Assembly (NCBI GenBank): GCA_020137815.1
Contig: CM035352.1
Coordinates: 5,332,001 to 5,396,000, forward strand
Length of the DNA: 64,000 nucleotides
Direction of reading: 5' to 3'
DNA from: Hormiphora californensis
Taxonomy: Eukaryota > Animalia > Ctenophora
Under the pieces are notes generated by a model. That model was given only the letters and a program-made list of their open reading frames with translations, had not been told where the DNA came from and ran no database searches. The translations under genes were made by a program, and so were the position numbers. Positions within the stretch are counted from its first letter, which is position 1, and every line of letters starts with the position of its first letter. Of this stretch, positions 1-19,419 are shown one piece after another.

Positions 1-1926
1 ATAGTACTGTGGGTATGTGCCTAGATTAATCGAACCCAGTGGATTCCCTTGGTAACTCCCAATGTTAAACAAGGAGATGAAACTGGGGGGTTGGAGTTAC
101 CTCATATATCAGTACGGCAAATAATATCTTTGTATCAGAATTCTCAGGATGAACAGTTGGGCTATAGCAGTTGATCACGTCATATTAATTGTTATCATGA
201 TCTTCGGATCTCTGCACGATACTAGTGACGGCTCTCTCGTGCTGTAATACAGCCGGTGATCAATAACCTGTCGTACAGGCTTGGTCATGTGTGTGGGTGT
301 TGTGTGTGTATGAAGTGAGTGGGTGATGTCTACAGCAGTTCAGTGCATAATTACAACATTATCCTTGAAACGTGAGCACTGCTGATAATAAGAGCCCTGT
401 CTATACGCCTAATCTGTTCAGATAGCAATAAAACACAAGGATTGTTGCTATCCGAGATTCCTGATATAAAGATACGCCAATTCGAATAGTACTGTGGGTA
501 TGTGCCTAGATTAATCGAACCCAGTGGATTCCCTTGGTAACTCCCAATGTTAAACAAGGAGATGAAACTGGGGGGTTGGAGTTACCTCATATATCAGTAC
601 GGCAAATAATATCTTTGTATCAGAATTCTCAGGATGAACAGTTGGGCTATAGCAGTTGATCACGTCATATTAATTGTTATCATGATCTTCGGATCTCTGC
701 ACGATACTAGTGACGGCTCTCTCGTGCTGTAATACAGCCGGTGATCAATAACCTGTCGTACAGGCTTGGTCATGTGTGTGGGGGGGGGGGGTACGTCACC
801 TTTTATTTTGCCCACTTTTGCCCACATTTGCCCACATGGGCAAACCAAAATCTCAAAAAACAGGTATAATGTGGGCAAAGTGGGCAAAAAGTGGGCAAAA
901 ATATTATAAGCATCAAAAATTTACCAGAAAACCCTCTCTGACAAATGTTTTTCACCTCCAATGTATTCCAAGAGGTCCCCTCTATCGATTCCAACCGATA
1001 AATAATGTACTTACTTATGACTAAAGGTTGATAAGGCTCCATGTCCGACTGGACAAAAGTGGGCAAAAAAATTTGGCAAAATTAGGCAAAGGCCAGTGAT
1101 TTTTCGTCATTTTGGGGCTATTTAGGGAACTGATACATAACAAAGGTTTTCCACTTGCATTGTACTCCAATGGGGTCCCAGAAAAACCAGAAAAATTTTC
1201 CACTCCAACCATGTGAGAAACGTGCCTAAAATGACCAATTTTCCTAATTTTGCCAACATATTTTGCCCATTTTCCCAGTTGGATATGGAGCCTTATCAAC
1301 CCTGAGCAAATAAATTATCGGTTGGAATCGATAGGGGGGACCTCTAGGAGGACATTGGTGGTGAAAAACCTTTGTCACAGACGATTACCTGGTTGAGAGC
1401 ATATATTTTTTATGGATTTAAATTTTTTGCCTACTTTTGCCTACTTTTGCCCACTTTTGCCCACTTTTGCCCATGTGGGCAAATTCAAAATTTAAGAATA
1501 ATGTGGGCAGTGGGCAAAAAAAAGGTGACGTACCCCCCGTGTGTGGGTGTTGTGTGTGTATGAAGTGAGTGGGTGATGTCTACAGCAGTTCAGTGCATAA
1601 TTACAACATTATCCTTGAAACGTGAGCACTGCTGATAATAAGAGCCCTGTCTATACGCCTAATCTGTTCAGATAGCAATAAAACACAAGGATTGTTGCTA
1701 TCCGAGATTCCTGATATAAAGATACGCCAATTCGAATAGTACTGTGGGTATGTGCCTAGATTAATCGAACCCAGTGGATTCCCTTGGTAACTCCCAATGT
1801 TAAACAAGGAGATGAAACTGGGGGGTTGGAGTTACCTCATATATCAGTACGGCAAATAATATCTTTGTATCAGAATTCTCAGGATGAACAGTTGGGCTAT
1901 AGCAGTTGATCACGTCATATTAATTG
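1..1926. repeat. 485-bp tandem repeat (at least 2.4 near-identical units) in a Domino intron, interrupted by a MITE
   Basis: 1-297 recurs at 486-782; 289-676 recurs at 1539-1926; identical 68-aa ORFs at 351-557 and 1601-1807. Confidence 0.95.
783..1538. mobile_element. Mutator-like (MULE) MITE, about 756 bp
   Basis: TIRs GGGGGGTACGTCACCTTTT..TTTGCCCAC / GTGGGCAAAAAAAAGGTGACGTACCCCCC; 9-bp TSD GTGTGTGGG at 774-782 and 1539-1547; empty site at 289-297; subterminal TTTGCCCAC repeats. Confidence 0.9.
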
Positions 1927-2883
1927 TAATTTCTGTTAGTTTTTGGCATAATTGGGGTATATTTTTGGTATTTTCTGATGTGAAATACAATGTAAGACAT
2001 GTCTGGACGTAGCAGAACGTTGTAAAGACCGTCAGGAATCGCTAAAATACGAAAATTTCAATTTTGACGTCATTGTGACGTCATAGCGTGACGTCACGAC
2101 GTTATAACGTCCTGATAGGGAAATATTATTATCAGGCTCATCTAGATTAAGAGGCTGACCAAGTTTGAGATCGATTGGACAAGATTTGAGGTCGCTATGG
2201 CGAAAAACGCACTATCGTCATATCCATTTTCATACAGTCTTAACACTTCAGACGCGATTTGAGACCCTTAGAAATAGAGTTTCACAAATTCGCGATATAG
2301 TTTCTGAAAGTTTAGACGATTATCTTTCATAAGTGTGGTCTCCGTTTTTCAATCAGAAACCGTCTTCAGGGTGTAAATTGAGCTCAAAGAAATTTGGTTG
2401 GTTTGAAAAATGTCTTATCTTTATGACAGTTTGTCAAGACGTTCTTATTGGACCTAGAACATAAAAACTATTCGTCTACACAATTCAAACGATTATCTTT
2501 CGAATGCAACAAACGAGAAGTGTCTATCTTATGACGTTTTCTCTCAAAAACGATTATAAATTTGGTAAAATAGCGTCTATCCATACATAGATAGATACAT
2601 AGATAGATACATAGATAGATAGATAGACCCGGGACATTTATTGCTTTTTTCACGATGCCATATCTCTAAAACTAAAGAGATAGAGACTTGCCCTTTTAAA
2701 CTACAGTAGATCTAGACTATGTGACACTGTATACCAAATTTCAGACTGATTGGTGCAGTGGGGGCCTCGCTATGGGCGTCGCAAAATGCCATTTTTGGCT
2801 AAAAACTGAAAAAAGTTATTACTGCATTCTGGCACGCGCGGCTGGGGGGAGGGGATGGTCACCTTTGCGCTTGCCAGCGCAGT
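1927..2883. mobile_element. Helentron/DINE-like non-autonomous element (boundaries approximate)
   Basis: Internal (ATAG/ATAC)n microsatellite at 2582-2625; CCAAGTTTGAGATCGATTGG and CCAAATTTCAGACTGATTGG motifs related to 27327-27348; terminal imperfect inverted repeat ACTGC..CTGGCA / TGCCAG..GCAGT at 2821-2883. Confidence 0.5.
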
Positions 2884-2907
2884 GATTGTACATTGTGTTA
2901 GACATAC

Positions 2908-4959
2908 CGAGCTCATTATCAATTTCCCTAGCTGAGGAACATGTTGTCATCTCCACATCTGCATCCTCCTCTATCTCCTCCACTTCACTACCTTCACTAT
3001 CCTCCTCCTCACCCTCATCTCGCCCCTCACTAGGTGGTGTGGTCACGTGACTATCACGTGTCCTCACATACTTTGCAATCAGCTCCTCTAAAGGCACATC
3101 CATACCAGCTTCCAGCTCGGCCAACTCGTCGTCAGAGTGGCCGTGACCTTGTTCAGCGTGGTCCAGTGTACTCTCGTTGTCACTACTTTCCTCTGACAAC
3201 TGATAATCTGAACTCTCCCCTCCAATTCGTTCCAGTATTTCTACAGAGAGACAGGATGAGTGTTAGAAAGGATTTACAGAGTGACATGGTGGTGGTGCTA
3301 CATCTGGGAACATCTTGGTATCCAAGACACCTCACACTCACGGGGAGGCAGGGTTTTCATCAGTTCCTCTAGATCCATCTCACTCTCCTTCTGAAGACCC
3401 TCTAATTCTTCCTGGACCTCCTTCTCTCCAACATCCTTCTCTGCCTCAGCTATAGTCTCCTCTACATCCATGGCCTCGTCAGCAGGCGGTGTAAACTCCG
3501 TATCCCCTGAGAGAATACACAGTCAATTATACCCATCAGGAACCGACCGAAACAAGTAAACAACCAATCAGAACTCGTTATTTAGGTCACGTGACTGGTT
3601 ATCAGCCAATCAGGGACCAGTATTTCCTGATTCGGTCGGTTCCTGATACCCATCATGTCAATACCCATCATGTTGGGTCGGAAAAAGAGGTTTAGTCGAC
3701 TAAATATAAAGTAGACATCACTTGACCCTAATGTGGAGTGATGAGGTAGCTCAAGACAAACCTGTGTCCCTGACAGAAGCAGTACTTTTCTTTCCCTCCA
3801 TTCCCTGGGCCAGCCAGGATGAAAACTGCTCTGTTTGTGCGATTATGTAGTTGAGATGTTTGTCCATCATTTCCCTTCTCCTCTCTTCCAGCTGGGATCT
3901 GGTGGGGGATTTTGTGGTAAAGTGAGAATTCATGGAACTATCAGACCCACAGACCCGCAGTGGCTTGGAAATTTAAATCCAACAAAGGGAGTGAATTAAT
4001 AATTTGATCAGGGAGAACCTACGTTTGTTTGAACTTTCTGACTTTCTCTACCCCAGCCCACATCTTCATAACATCCTTTGCAGTTCTGTGTGCTATCTTC
4101 TTCAACTCTCTCTCCTGTTGAATCAACAACTTCCTTTTCGCAGCCTCCTTCTCCTCAAAAACCTTGGCTACCGCAGTTGCCAGCTTCTTTGCAGCCGCTT
4201 TCTTCCACTTTCGTTCCTGTCTAAAATCGGTGGACAGCCACGTTACCTCCTCCAACAAGTAGTCCCAGTGATTCTTTATCTTGTCAGGTTCTTTCACCTT
4301 TGGTAGTCGTTTTAACGACCACATGCCCCTCTGTTTTAGTACCGCCACCTGATGAACTATCATTGCCTCGTGTTTAGTCCTCTCTACCTTACCACCCTCT
4401 GCTAGGGCTGCTATACTCGCCATAAAGGGGGTCGAGCTACTCTCCTCCTTCTTCACTTCGGTCTTGGGCATGGGGTGACCGGTTGGAACCTGCTCTAGAA
4501 GGGATGGTAGCATCTCCGTGGAGGCACATTTTATCTGCTGAATGTAATAGTCCAGGTAGTGGTTCCCCTGATCTGTCCACAGTTCCAGATCCAATATGTT
4601 CCCAGAGTTGGTGAGGAAGAACAGCTCCGAGAGGTGGCTTCGGAGGTTGTCCTATGGGAATGGAAGTTGTTAGACACAACGGCCTAATGATTTGTTCTAA
4701 TAAGAAGTTTCAGTGAAGTTATTGGGGTACAACTAATCGAACTACTGCACACCTGGTGTTTCTGTATCTCATTCCGGAGGTCATCAACTAGATTTAACCT
4801 TTCATACGCGGGCCGTTTGATATTCCCAGGGGGTGGTGTTTGAGGGACTGATCCCCCTGCTGGACCAGCAGCACAGGGTGTTACCCCTCCACTGCTACTA
4901 CTGCTGCTGCTCCTGCCTGGGGAGGCTTCAGGTCCTACTGTAGGCCCACATCGCTTCAT
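2908..4959 (-). CDS. SRCAP: Domino/SRCAP/EP400 chromatin remodeller, N-terminal exons (SNF2 ATPase part not in the window)
   Basis: Exons about 4959-4753, 4651-4023, 3898-3770 and acidic exons down to 2908. ELFFLTNSGNILD motif; HSA domain GMWSLKRLPKVKEP..HWDYLLEEVTWLSTDFRQERKWKKAAAKK; LEERRREMMDKHLNYIIAQTEQFSSWL; ELAELEAGMDVPLEELIAKY. Confidence 0.92.
3537..3645 (+). mobile_element. 109-bp hAT-type MITE
   Basis: TIR CAGGAACCGACCGAA / TTCGGTCGGTTCCTG; 8-bp TSD ATACCCAT; second copy at 15083-15191. Confidence 0.92.
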
Positions 4960-5219
4960 TACGCATCCTAAACACCAGAACCACGTTATTTGGTAGGAAA
5001 TATAGAGAGAATCGTTGAACCAACCCCAAAATGAAAGACTCAACTTTCCTTGGGAGTTGGTGAAGCTCTTAGTGATTGGTTCGGGAGAGGGAATAACCGA
5101 GATGAATTACAAAACGCAACCTATGTACTGGGAATACAAATCTCTCTCTCTCAGTTCTCACACAATCGAGGACACAATAACTTAGAACAACTTGAAAACA
5201 GTTTCTTTCTCTCCCTTAT

Positions 5220-5986
5220 TTAGAGCTTTCGTGACTCAATATCGGACTCGATCTTGGCGCAAAGATCGGGCTTATCGGCAAGATATTCCGACACGGTCAT
5301 ATCCTTGAGGGGTTTCTCGGCAGCGAGGGCGGCCAGGGTAGCCTCGAACTGGGCAATCCTCTCCTCAGCACTGGCAACGTAATCTGCCATCTGAGAATAT
5401 AAAATCAGGGTAAGTGAAACTATAGGAGAACCTTAGCAGGTTATAAACACACAAACAGGATATAATAATAATAATAATAATAATAACTATGTTTATATTC
5501 CGCCCATATCCGACAGGGACAGAGCAGCGAAACTGCTGCTGTCACTGAAGGATGATCTGAACGGTTAATATACTGGTAAGACCTCGCCAACTAATAAACT
5601 AGAAATAAGAAAAAGGTTTATTTGACAACGTACATCTTTCTTGAAGGTGCTCTCCATCTCAGCAATACCAGCGGAGGCGGTATCAGCGGGTCGGGGGACA
5701 ACTACAGCGCCATATTTGGCTTTAAAGTCCTCAACTAGGGCGGGGTCACCAACTCGGCCGGAGTAGTAGCTCCAGTCAATTGGCTCAAGGGCACCTGATG
5801 GGAATCAATGGTTGCAAAACAGGTGATTTTTAATGACACTTTAGTGCAAAGGTACGTACTGGGGAGGGCAGTGACAGAAGCAGCTGCAGCCTCGTATCGG
5901 GACCTCATGGCTCCAAAGTCAGCTCGAACAGCTGCAGGTAGCTGGTTGGTCAGCTTGATGAAGTCGAACACTTTTCGGCCAGCCAT
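5220..5986 (-). CDS. ATP5PD: Mitochondrial ATP synthase subunit d, 3 exons (5986-5860, 5794-5634, 5390-5220), 152 aa
   Basis: GT-AG spliced ORF MAGRKVFDFIKL...LPSALEPIDWSYYSGRVGDPALVEDFKAKY...KPLKDMTVSEYLADKPDL matches the subunit d motifs (IDWxYY, LVxDF, MT). Confidence 0.92.
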
Positions 5987-6118
5987 GTTTCTATTGAGCT
6001 GCATGTTTGTTAGTGTGTTCAACAAGAATAAAGGGGATGAAAAAATAAAAATATACACTTAATAATAAATCGTTGAAAATTCACATTATAAATTAGTTAA
6101 AAATGCAATCACACAAAA

Positions 6119-7936
6119 CTACTGTACACACAGTTCCGGTGGAGGAGGGGCCTCAGGAATTTTACCAAACTCAAACGCAGTCTTTTTATACTCGATAATA
6201 TCAGCCTCACTAAGTTTTGGAACACGTGACAAGTCCTCGGTGATTTCAAGTACAGTCACAACCGGTTTAGAGGCGAATGGATTGCTAGCTGCCGAAGTGC
6301 CGAACGGATTTGAAGGTTCTGAGGGAGGAACACTAGTAGCAACTGCTGTTTGTTTGTTATCTCCAAATACACCACCGGCATCACTACTGTTGTTGCTCTG
6401 AGTACCGAAGGCATTTGTTTCCTGTTTAGTGGCATTGTTTTGTGCGAAAATATTGCCCGTAGTACCACCGAATCCTTGTGGTTGGCTACCGAAGCTTGGC
6501 TGTGATCCAAACCCGCCACTGTTGTCTGTTGAACCGAACGCCGATGGTTGTGTAGAACCAAAACCGGTAGCTGCTGCAGTTGATGGTTGAGTAGTTGCTG
6601 AACCAAAAGCTGCAGTAGATCCGAAAGAAGGCTGACTCCCAAAGGCAGAAGTAGAGCTCGTCCCAAATCCACTACTTTGATTGGTGGTAGCGCCAAACGC
6701 AGGTGCACTTCCAAACCCAGAATTGGTGTTTTTAGCACCAAAACCAGAGGCGGCAGCTGGGGCCGTTCCAAACCCAGAAGCGGCTGCTGGGGCCGTTCCA
6801 AACCCAGAAGCGGCTGCTGGGGTGGTTCCAAAACCGGATGCGACAGCTGGTGCCGCTCCAAAACCTGAGGCGGTAGCTGGGGCCGCTCCAAATGCAGGCG
6901 CTGAACCGAAGGCGGTTGTTTGGCCAAACGCTGGTGCTGCAGCCCCAAATGCTGACTTGTTAGTTGAAAAGGGACTGCTAGCTGCAGCTCCGAAACCAGT
7001 GTTAGTTGAAGTACTAGCTCCAAAACCAGTGCTAGCTGCGGGGGCAGCACCAAAACCAGTGCTAGCTGCGGGGGCAGATCCGAAGGCAGGAGCTGCTCCA
7101 AAAGTGGTGTTGTTAGTGGCGAATGGATTATTAGTAGAGGAGCTACTACCGAAAGCACCTGCAGTGTTCCCAAAGCCACCAGTGTTCGATGTGCCACTCC
7201 CAAAGCCACTGGTGTTGCTACCAAATCCGCTGCTGCCAAATACACTTTGCGGTTGCTGAGTAGACGATGCAAAAATATTGTTGCTGCTGTTATTCGTGGG
7301 AGTTGCACCAAAGGCAGATCCCCCGAAAGCAGCTGGTTTTAATCCAAACGCCCCTGAAGATGCTGAACTTGTGCTATTTGCGAAAGGATTACTTGTGCTA
7401 GGACTGCTGCTTCCAAACACAGTACCACCAGTACTTGATGTTGCTGAAGTTAAGACACTGCTTCCAATTTTCTGTTTCACTAAATTTAACAATTCTGATT
7501 TAGGTGTTCCCGTTACTTTGTTCACAAAACCCATTATTTTCTGCCCGTCAGATTCAAACTGATTAGCATACGTCTGCAACGAGTTAGTCTGATTTGCTTT
7601 GATAAACTCCAACCGTGCTTCATCCATCGAAACGTCCACCAACTCAGGAAAAAGCCCCTCAATCGCACCAGCGGAGTAGCAGGAGAAGGGCCATATTTTG
7701 GCTGGAAACCATACTTTGAAGTCCGATAAGATTGTGTCAACGGTAGTCTCTGATGAGTCGACCTTTTGCTTTTGTTTCTGTTTGAGTCTCTCATCTGGGC
7801 TGATGTACGAGAATCTATTTGAGGCTGAAGCACTGTTAAAAGGGCTGGATTCGCCTGCTGACGAGTGGAGAAATTTACAGTTGTTGCCAAATCGACAGGT
7901 ACCCTGGAGATAATACTGACATACCGTCCTTGTCAT
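6119..7936 (-). CDS. NUP42: Nucleoporin NUP42/NUPL2 (CG1), single exon, 605 aa
   Basis: N-terminal CCCH finger CQYYLQGTCRFGNNCKFLH; WPFSCY and DVSMDEARLEF motifs; long FG-repeat region; C-terminal Gle1-binding-type FEFGKIPEAPPPPEL. Confidence 0.93.
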   Translation of the reverse strand: MTRTVCQYYLQGTCRFGNNCKFLHSSAGESSPFNSASASNRFSYISPDERLKQKQKQKVDSSETTVDTILSDFKVWFPAKIWPFSCYSAGAIEGLFPELVDVSMDEARLEFIKANQTNSLQTYANQFESDGQKIMGFVNKVTGTPKSELLNLVKQKIGSSVLTSATSSTGGTVFGSSSPSTSNPFANSTSSASSGAFGLKPAAFGGSAFGATPTNNSSNNIFASSTQQPQSVFGSSGFGSNTSGFGSGTSNTGGFGNTAGAFGSSSSTNNPFATNNTTFGAAPAFGSAPAASTGFGAAPAASTGFGASTSTNTGFGAAASSPFSTNKSAFGAAAPAFGQTTAFGSAPAFGAAPATASGFGAAPAVASGFGTTPAAASGFGTAPAAASGFGTAPAAASGFGAKNTNSGFGSAPAFGATTNQSSGFGTSSTSAFGSQPSFGSTAAFGSATTQPSTAAATGFGSTQPSAFGSTDNSGGFGSQPSFGSQPQGFGGTTGNIFAQNNATKQETNAFGTQSNNSSDAGGVFGDNKQTAVATSVPPSEPSNPFGTSAASNPFASKPVVTVLEITEDLSRVPKLSEADIIEYKKTAFEFGKIPEAPPPPELCVQ

Positions 7937-8284
7937 GCTGGTAAATAAGTTATATGAGCAACCTCGGAAATGATCAGATCTGCAGTCTGCACCATGTGAT
8001 CAGTCACTGCTCAGCGTGCCCCTGTTGCCCAGGGGCTACGAGGGCAAATTTCGTTTTTGCCGTAAGCAATCTGAGAGCACATGAAAAGTGGAAAAACAAA
8101 AATGACGGAGAAGAAGACAAAAATAAGAATAAACAAGCATTTTAAACATTTTGCGACCCGAAGGTACGACACGCAATTGGCAAACGCCGCTGGCTCCCTG
8201 GGATAAGGCAGCGCTTTTGAAGACGCGGGACGCCCAACAACTTAAAAAAGAAGTTTTGAAAATGTCCGAAAAAAGGACAAAATA

Positions 8285-8586
8285 GGGATCCCTAAAAAAG
8301 TTCAGTATTTACACAGCGTTTACACAGTCTTTACACAGCTGTGCACAGTCGTTACACCCAGAGCGCCCGCGCCGCTCTGGGTGTAAAGACTGCGTCTTTC
8401 GCACTCGATTTGCAGCGTTTTCGGAAACTTTTTTCGCCGCAGCGCTCAATTTACTCAATTGTGCAGCACACAATCCAATATTTTCTTAGAAAAAGCCGCA
8501 AAACGCAGCACGCGCCGCTCTGGGTGTAACGACTGTGTAAAGACTGTGTAAACGCTGTGTAAATACTGAACTTTTTTAGGGATCCC
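8285..8586. mobile_element. MITE with long TIRs, flanked by TA
   Basis: GGGATCCCTAAAAAAGTTCAGTATTTACACAGCGTTTACACAGTCTTTACACAG is perfectly inverted at the right end; TA on both sides. Confidence 0.88.
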
Positions 8587-9698
8587 TATTTGAGAGAGTG
8601 AAAACAAATTCAGAAAATCCAAATTATTCGTTTCATACGCGCGCGCGGCTCTTACGCGCAGTTTTAAATTGAAAATTCTGCTCCCGCCGTCAAAGTTGGC
8701 ATAATTTTGTTCCCGGCCCATTGATTTGGCAACAACGGAAAGAATTGAAACAAATATTTAGAGCTGGTCGTTAAAATAAGTGCCATAAGGTCTGTAATAT
8801 ACTACACATACGTGTATATACATTTAAAACAAATTATACAGGGAAATCTTGCATCTGTGAGTGTGAGTGGCACATTTAATATTTATAATAATATTTCTCC
8901 TTCGTCAACGTATGACTATCAATCACTTTCATCAATCATCATCCTACCTTCCTTTTTAACTTCTTTGAAAACAAAATAATACTTATAATAAATCATGACT
9001 GTGGAAATTAATAAAGTTGTGACAAAAATAAAAGCAACACAAACCAATTAAACATTTTGACAATTAAACAATAATCCGTGTCTCACGATTCAAGTGTACT
9101 GAGTAAATTAAGATGATGTGTTATAGAGACCCTAATTCGAACAGTTGATTCAACTGAGTTGAACAAAACAACGTAAAAGGCTAAACGGGTAAACCTGGCC
9201 CCAGCTCTGTCAGTGCCTATTTCTCTTAAAACCAGTCGCAATCAAATGAAAAATAAACAAAATAAATAGCTTAAAGAATAAAGATGTGGATGTATTCTAA
9301 CATCGCACTTTGAGAGGGGGTATAAAAGAAAAGTATAGCATATAAACTTATAGGAGGGTGGGTGGGTACTAGGTGGGTAGTTATTAACCGATATGATCTG
9401 CTCGACACGGTTTCCCCCCTCAAATTATACGTGTAGTGCAGTCTAGTAGGGACCTTGTAGGTCCCTGGGACCCACATTGCACAACATCATCAATCTGGTC
9501 TCTCGCTCCCTCTCTCTCTCTCTCAGTAGTATGCTACATTTACACAATACCCTCCCCATAAACATCGCGTAACAACGTGTTGTACTGTAACAGTAAAACA
9601 GTTGAAGGGGGCGGGCGTGTGGTATGTGTGTGAAAGTAGAGAGAGGTGCTAAAATTATCTCAGTCTCGCTAGTCGCTATTCATCAAAAAAAGTCATCG

Positions 9699-17160
<7,462 letters not shown>

Positions 17161-17599
17161 CCCCCCGAAAATTTTTTCCGGGGCCGGAAAAGGGGGGGGG
17201 GGGGGTTTAAATTAAAAGGGGGGGGAGGGGCAGTTAGGGGGGGTTAAACCCTTGGGCCAATTGTAGGGGGGTAATTTTTTCTGCAAACACTACCCGCTTT
17301 AAACAAAATTACCCATGGATTGTAAAAGGGGGGAATAGCCCGGGTCTAGTAGCCCCCCCTCCCCAACATTTTTTCTGGTTTTTTTTTTTACCCACAACCC
17401 CAAAAGAGGGGGGGGGGGGGAAAACTTTTGATTTTTTTTAAAAAGGGTTTTTAAAAAAATTTTTTAAAAACAAACCCTACCTGGACTGTTTTTCAAGGCC
17501 CAAAGTGGAAATAAAACTACCTCAAATTTAAAATCTTGAGGAGCTAAAAAAATTTTAGGAAAAAAAAGGAAAAATTGGGCTTTTTTATGCTTCCTGGTT

Positions 17600-17634
<35 letters not shown>

Positions 17635-19419
17635 AAAAGTGTCCCCCAACCCGGCCCCGTAAACCCACATGAGGGTATCCTCTATTAAAAATAAAACCTC
17701 GAAAAAACAGACAAACGAACCCTTTTATAAAAAAAAAATTTATAATTTAAGAAAAAACCCCAAAACCCTCCATACATACAAACTGCTAAACCAAACCAAT
17801 TTTAAATTTGGCAAGTATTTTTCGTCCCAAAAAAAAATATTTACCCACCGGGGTTGAAAAAAAAACCCGATTAAAAAACAAACTTAATTTTTTTAATTGC
17901 CCAAAAAGGGGGTTAAAAGAGAACAAAACCCCCCTTTTTCCTAGAAAAAAGGAAAAAACGGGGCAACCTAAACAAAAACAAAATTTTTGCAAAACACCCC
18001 AAAACAAACCTAAAACTTAAAAAATTTAAGTAAAGGTCTGGGGGTTATGACAAACTCCGGGGGGGGGCCGTGAAGACCCGGAAAAGGGGGGGAAGGGTTT
18101 CCCCCCCTCTCCCCCCCCCCCCCACCCCTGGGGAAATCCCCCCCAACAAAAGGGTCGCCCCCTACCCTCGACAGGGTGGATAGGCCGGGTGGGGAAATGG
18201 AAAAAAAAAAAAAAACCCCCTCCCCATTTAAAACTTTAAATTGATAGTGAGAGGGGTATGGGGGGCGAAGGGTGAGCTGGGGAGTATTTTTGAGAGAGAG
18301 GAAAGGGGCCCAAAAGAAAAGGGAGCGCTGGAGCTAGGAGGGCCCTTCGGCAAAGGATTTCCCCCGGGGGGGGGGAAAATTTCCCCTTTTTGTTTTTTGT
18401 TTTTTCCAACCCGGAAAACGCCCCCCTTTTGGGTCCCCTTGTCATTCGGGGTTGGGCGAAAATTTAAAACCCCAATTGAAAAATCTAAAAATTTTTTAAA
18501 AAATTAAAAAAAAAAACAAAATTGTAACCCAAGATAGATCCCAAAACCCTAAACATACCAAAAAGATTGTGCCTAAGAAAGCGTTTTAAAAATTTAAAAA
18601 ATTTAAAAAAACCCCCCCGGCATCCTTACAAATTTTTGGTGGTTACCAGGGAAACAAAATGGGTATCAAACCCCATTAAAAAAATAATTAAAAAAAAAAA
18701 AAAATTTGGAATTTTTTTCCTTGTCAGTTTCTTTTATTTTATTTTTTTTCTTAAAATCGATTTCTTTTCCCTCCCAGGTGTTGGTATGGCTGCAAAATGT
18801 ACAAATTTGGGGAACTTAAAAAAATTTAATTTTTTTTTTCCCCCTTTTTCCTTTTTTTTTTTCCCCTTCTTTTCCCTTCCCCCCCGCCCCCCCCCCCGGC
18901 GCCCCCCCCTTCTCCTCCCCCCCCTCCGCCCGAAGCCCCCAAAATAAAAAATAGAGAGAAAAGGAAAAAAAACCCAAGGGGGAAAGAGAAAAAAAAAAAA
19001 CGGAAGCCATTGGTAGCTGCCACTGTTTAAATGTTTGCGTGTGTGGCCCCCACCATAGAGCAAAACCCACTCCAGCACACACCGTTAAAAAAGAGAGCAT
19101 TCTCTCTTCTATCTTTCTCTCAAATTTTTCTCTCTCTATCTCCCCCCCCCCCCTCTCTCCCCTCTCCTCCCCTCCTCTCTCCCCTCTCTCTCTCTCTCTC
19201 TCCCTCCTCCTCCCCCCTCCCCCCCTCTCTCTCAACCTTTTCTGAAAAATATGGGGGGAGGCGAAATTGATGTGGCTAAGAAATAAAAATGGGGTTTTTT
19301 TGTTTTTGTTTTTTTTTGTGCTTTTTATCAATCATAAAAACCTTAATATTTTTTCCAATTTTTTTAACCCCCTTTTCCCTTTCCGTTCCTCTCGCCGCTG
19401 GGTGGTGGTTGACCCGGTC

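Noticed and set aside
351-557. 68-aa ORF repeated at 1601-1807
   Set aside because: It lies in the tandem repeat, starts at a non-ATG codon, shows no homology and fits no Domino exon
6256-7913. Overlapping and antisense ORFs of 94-351 aa
   Set aside because: They are shadows of the low-complexity NUP42 reading frame
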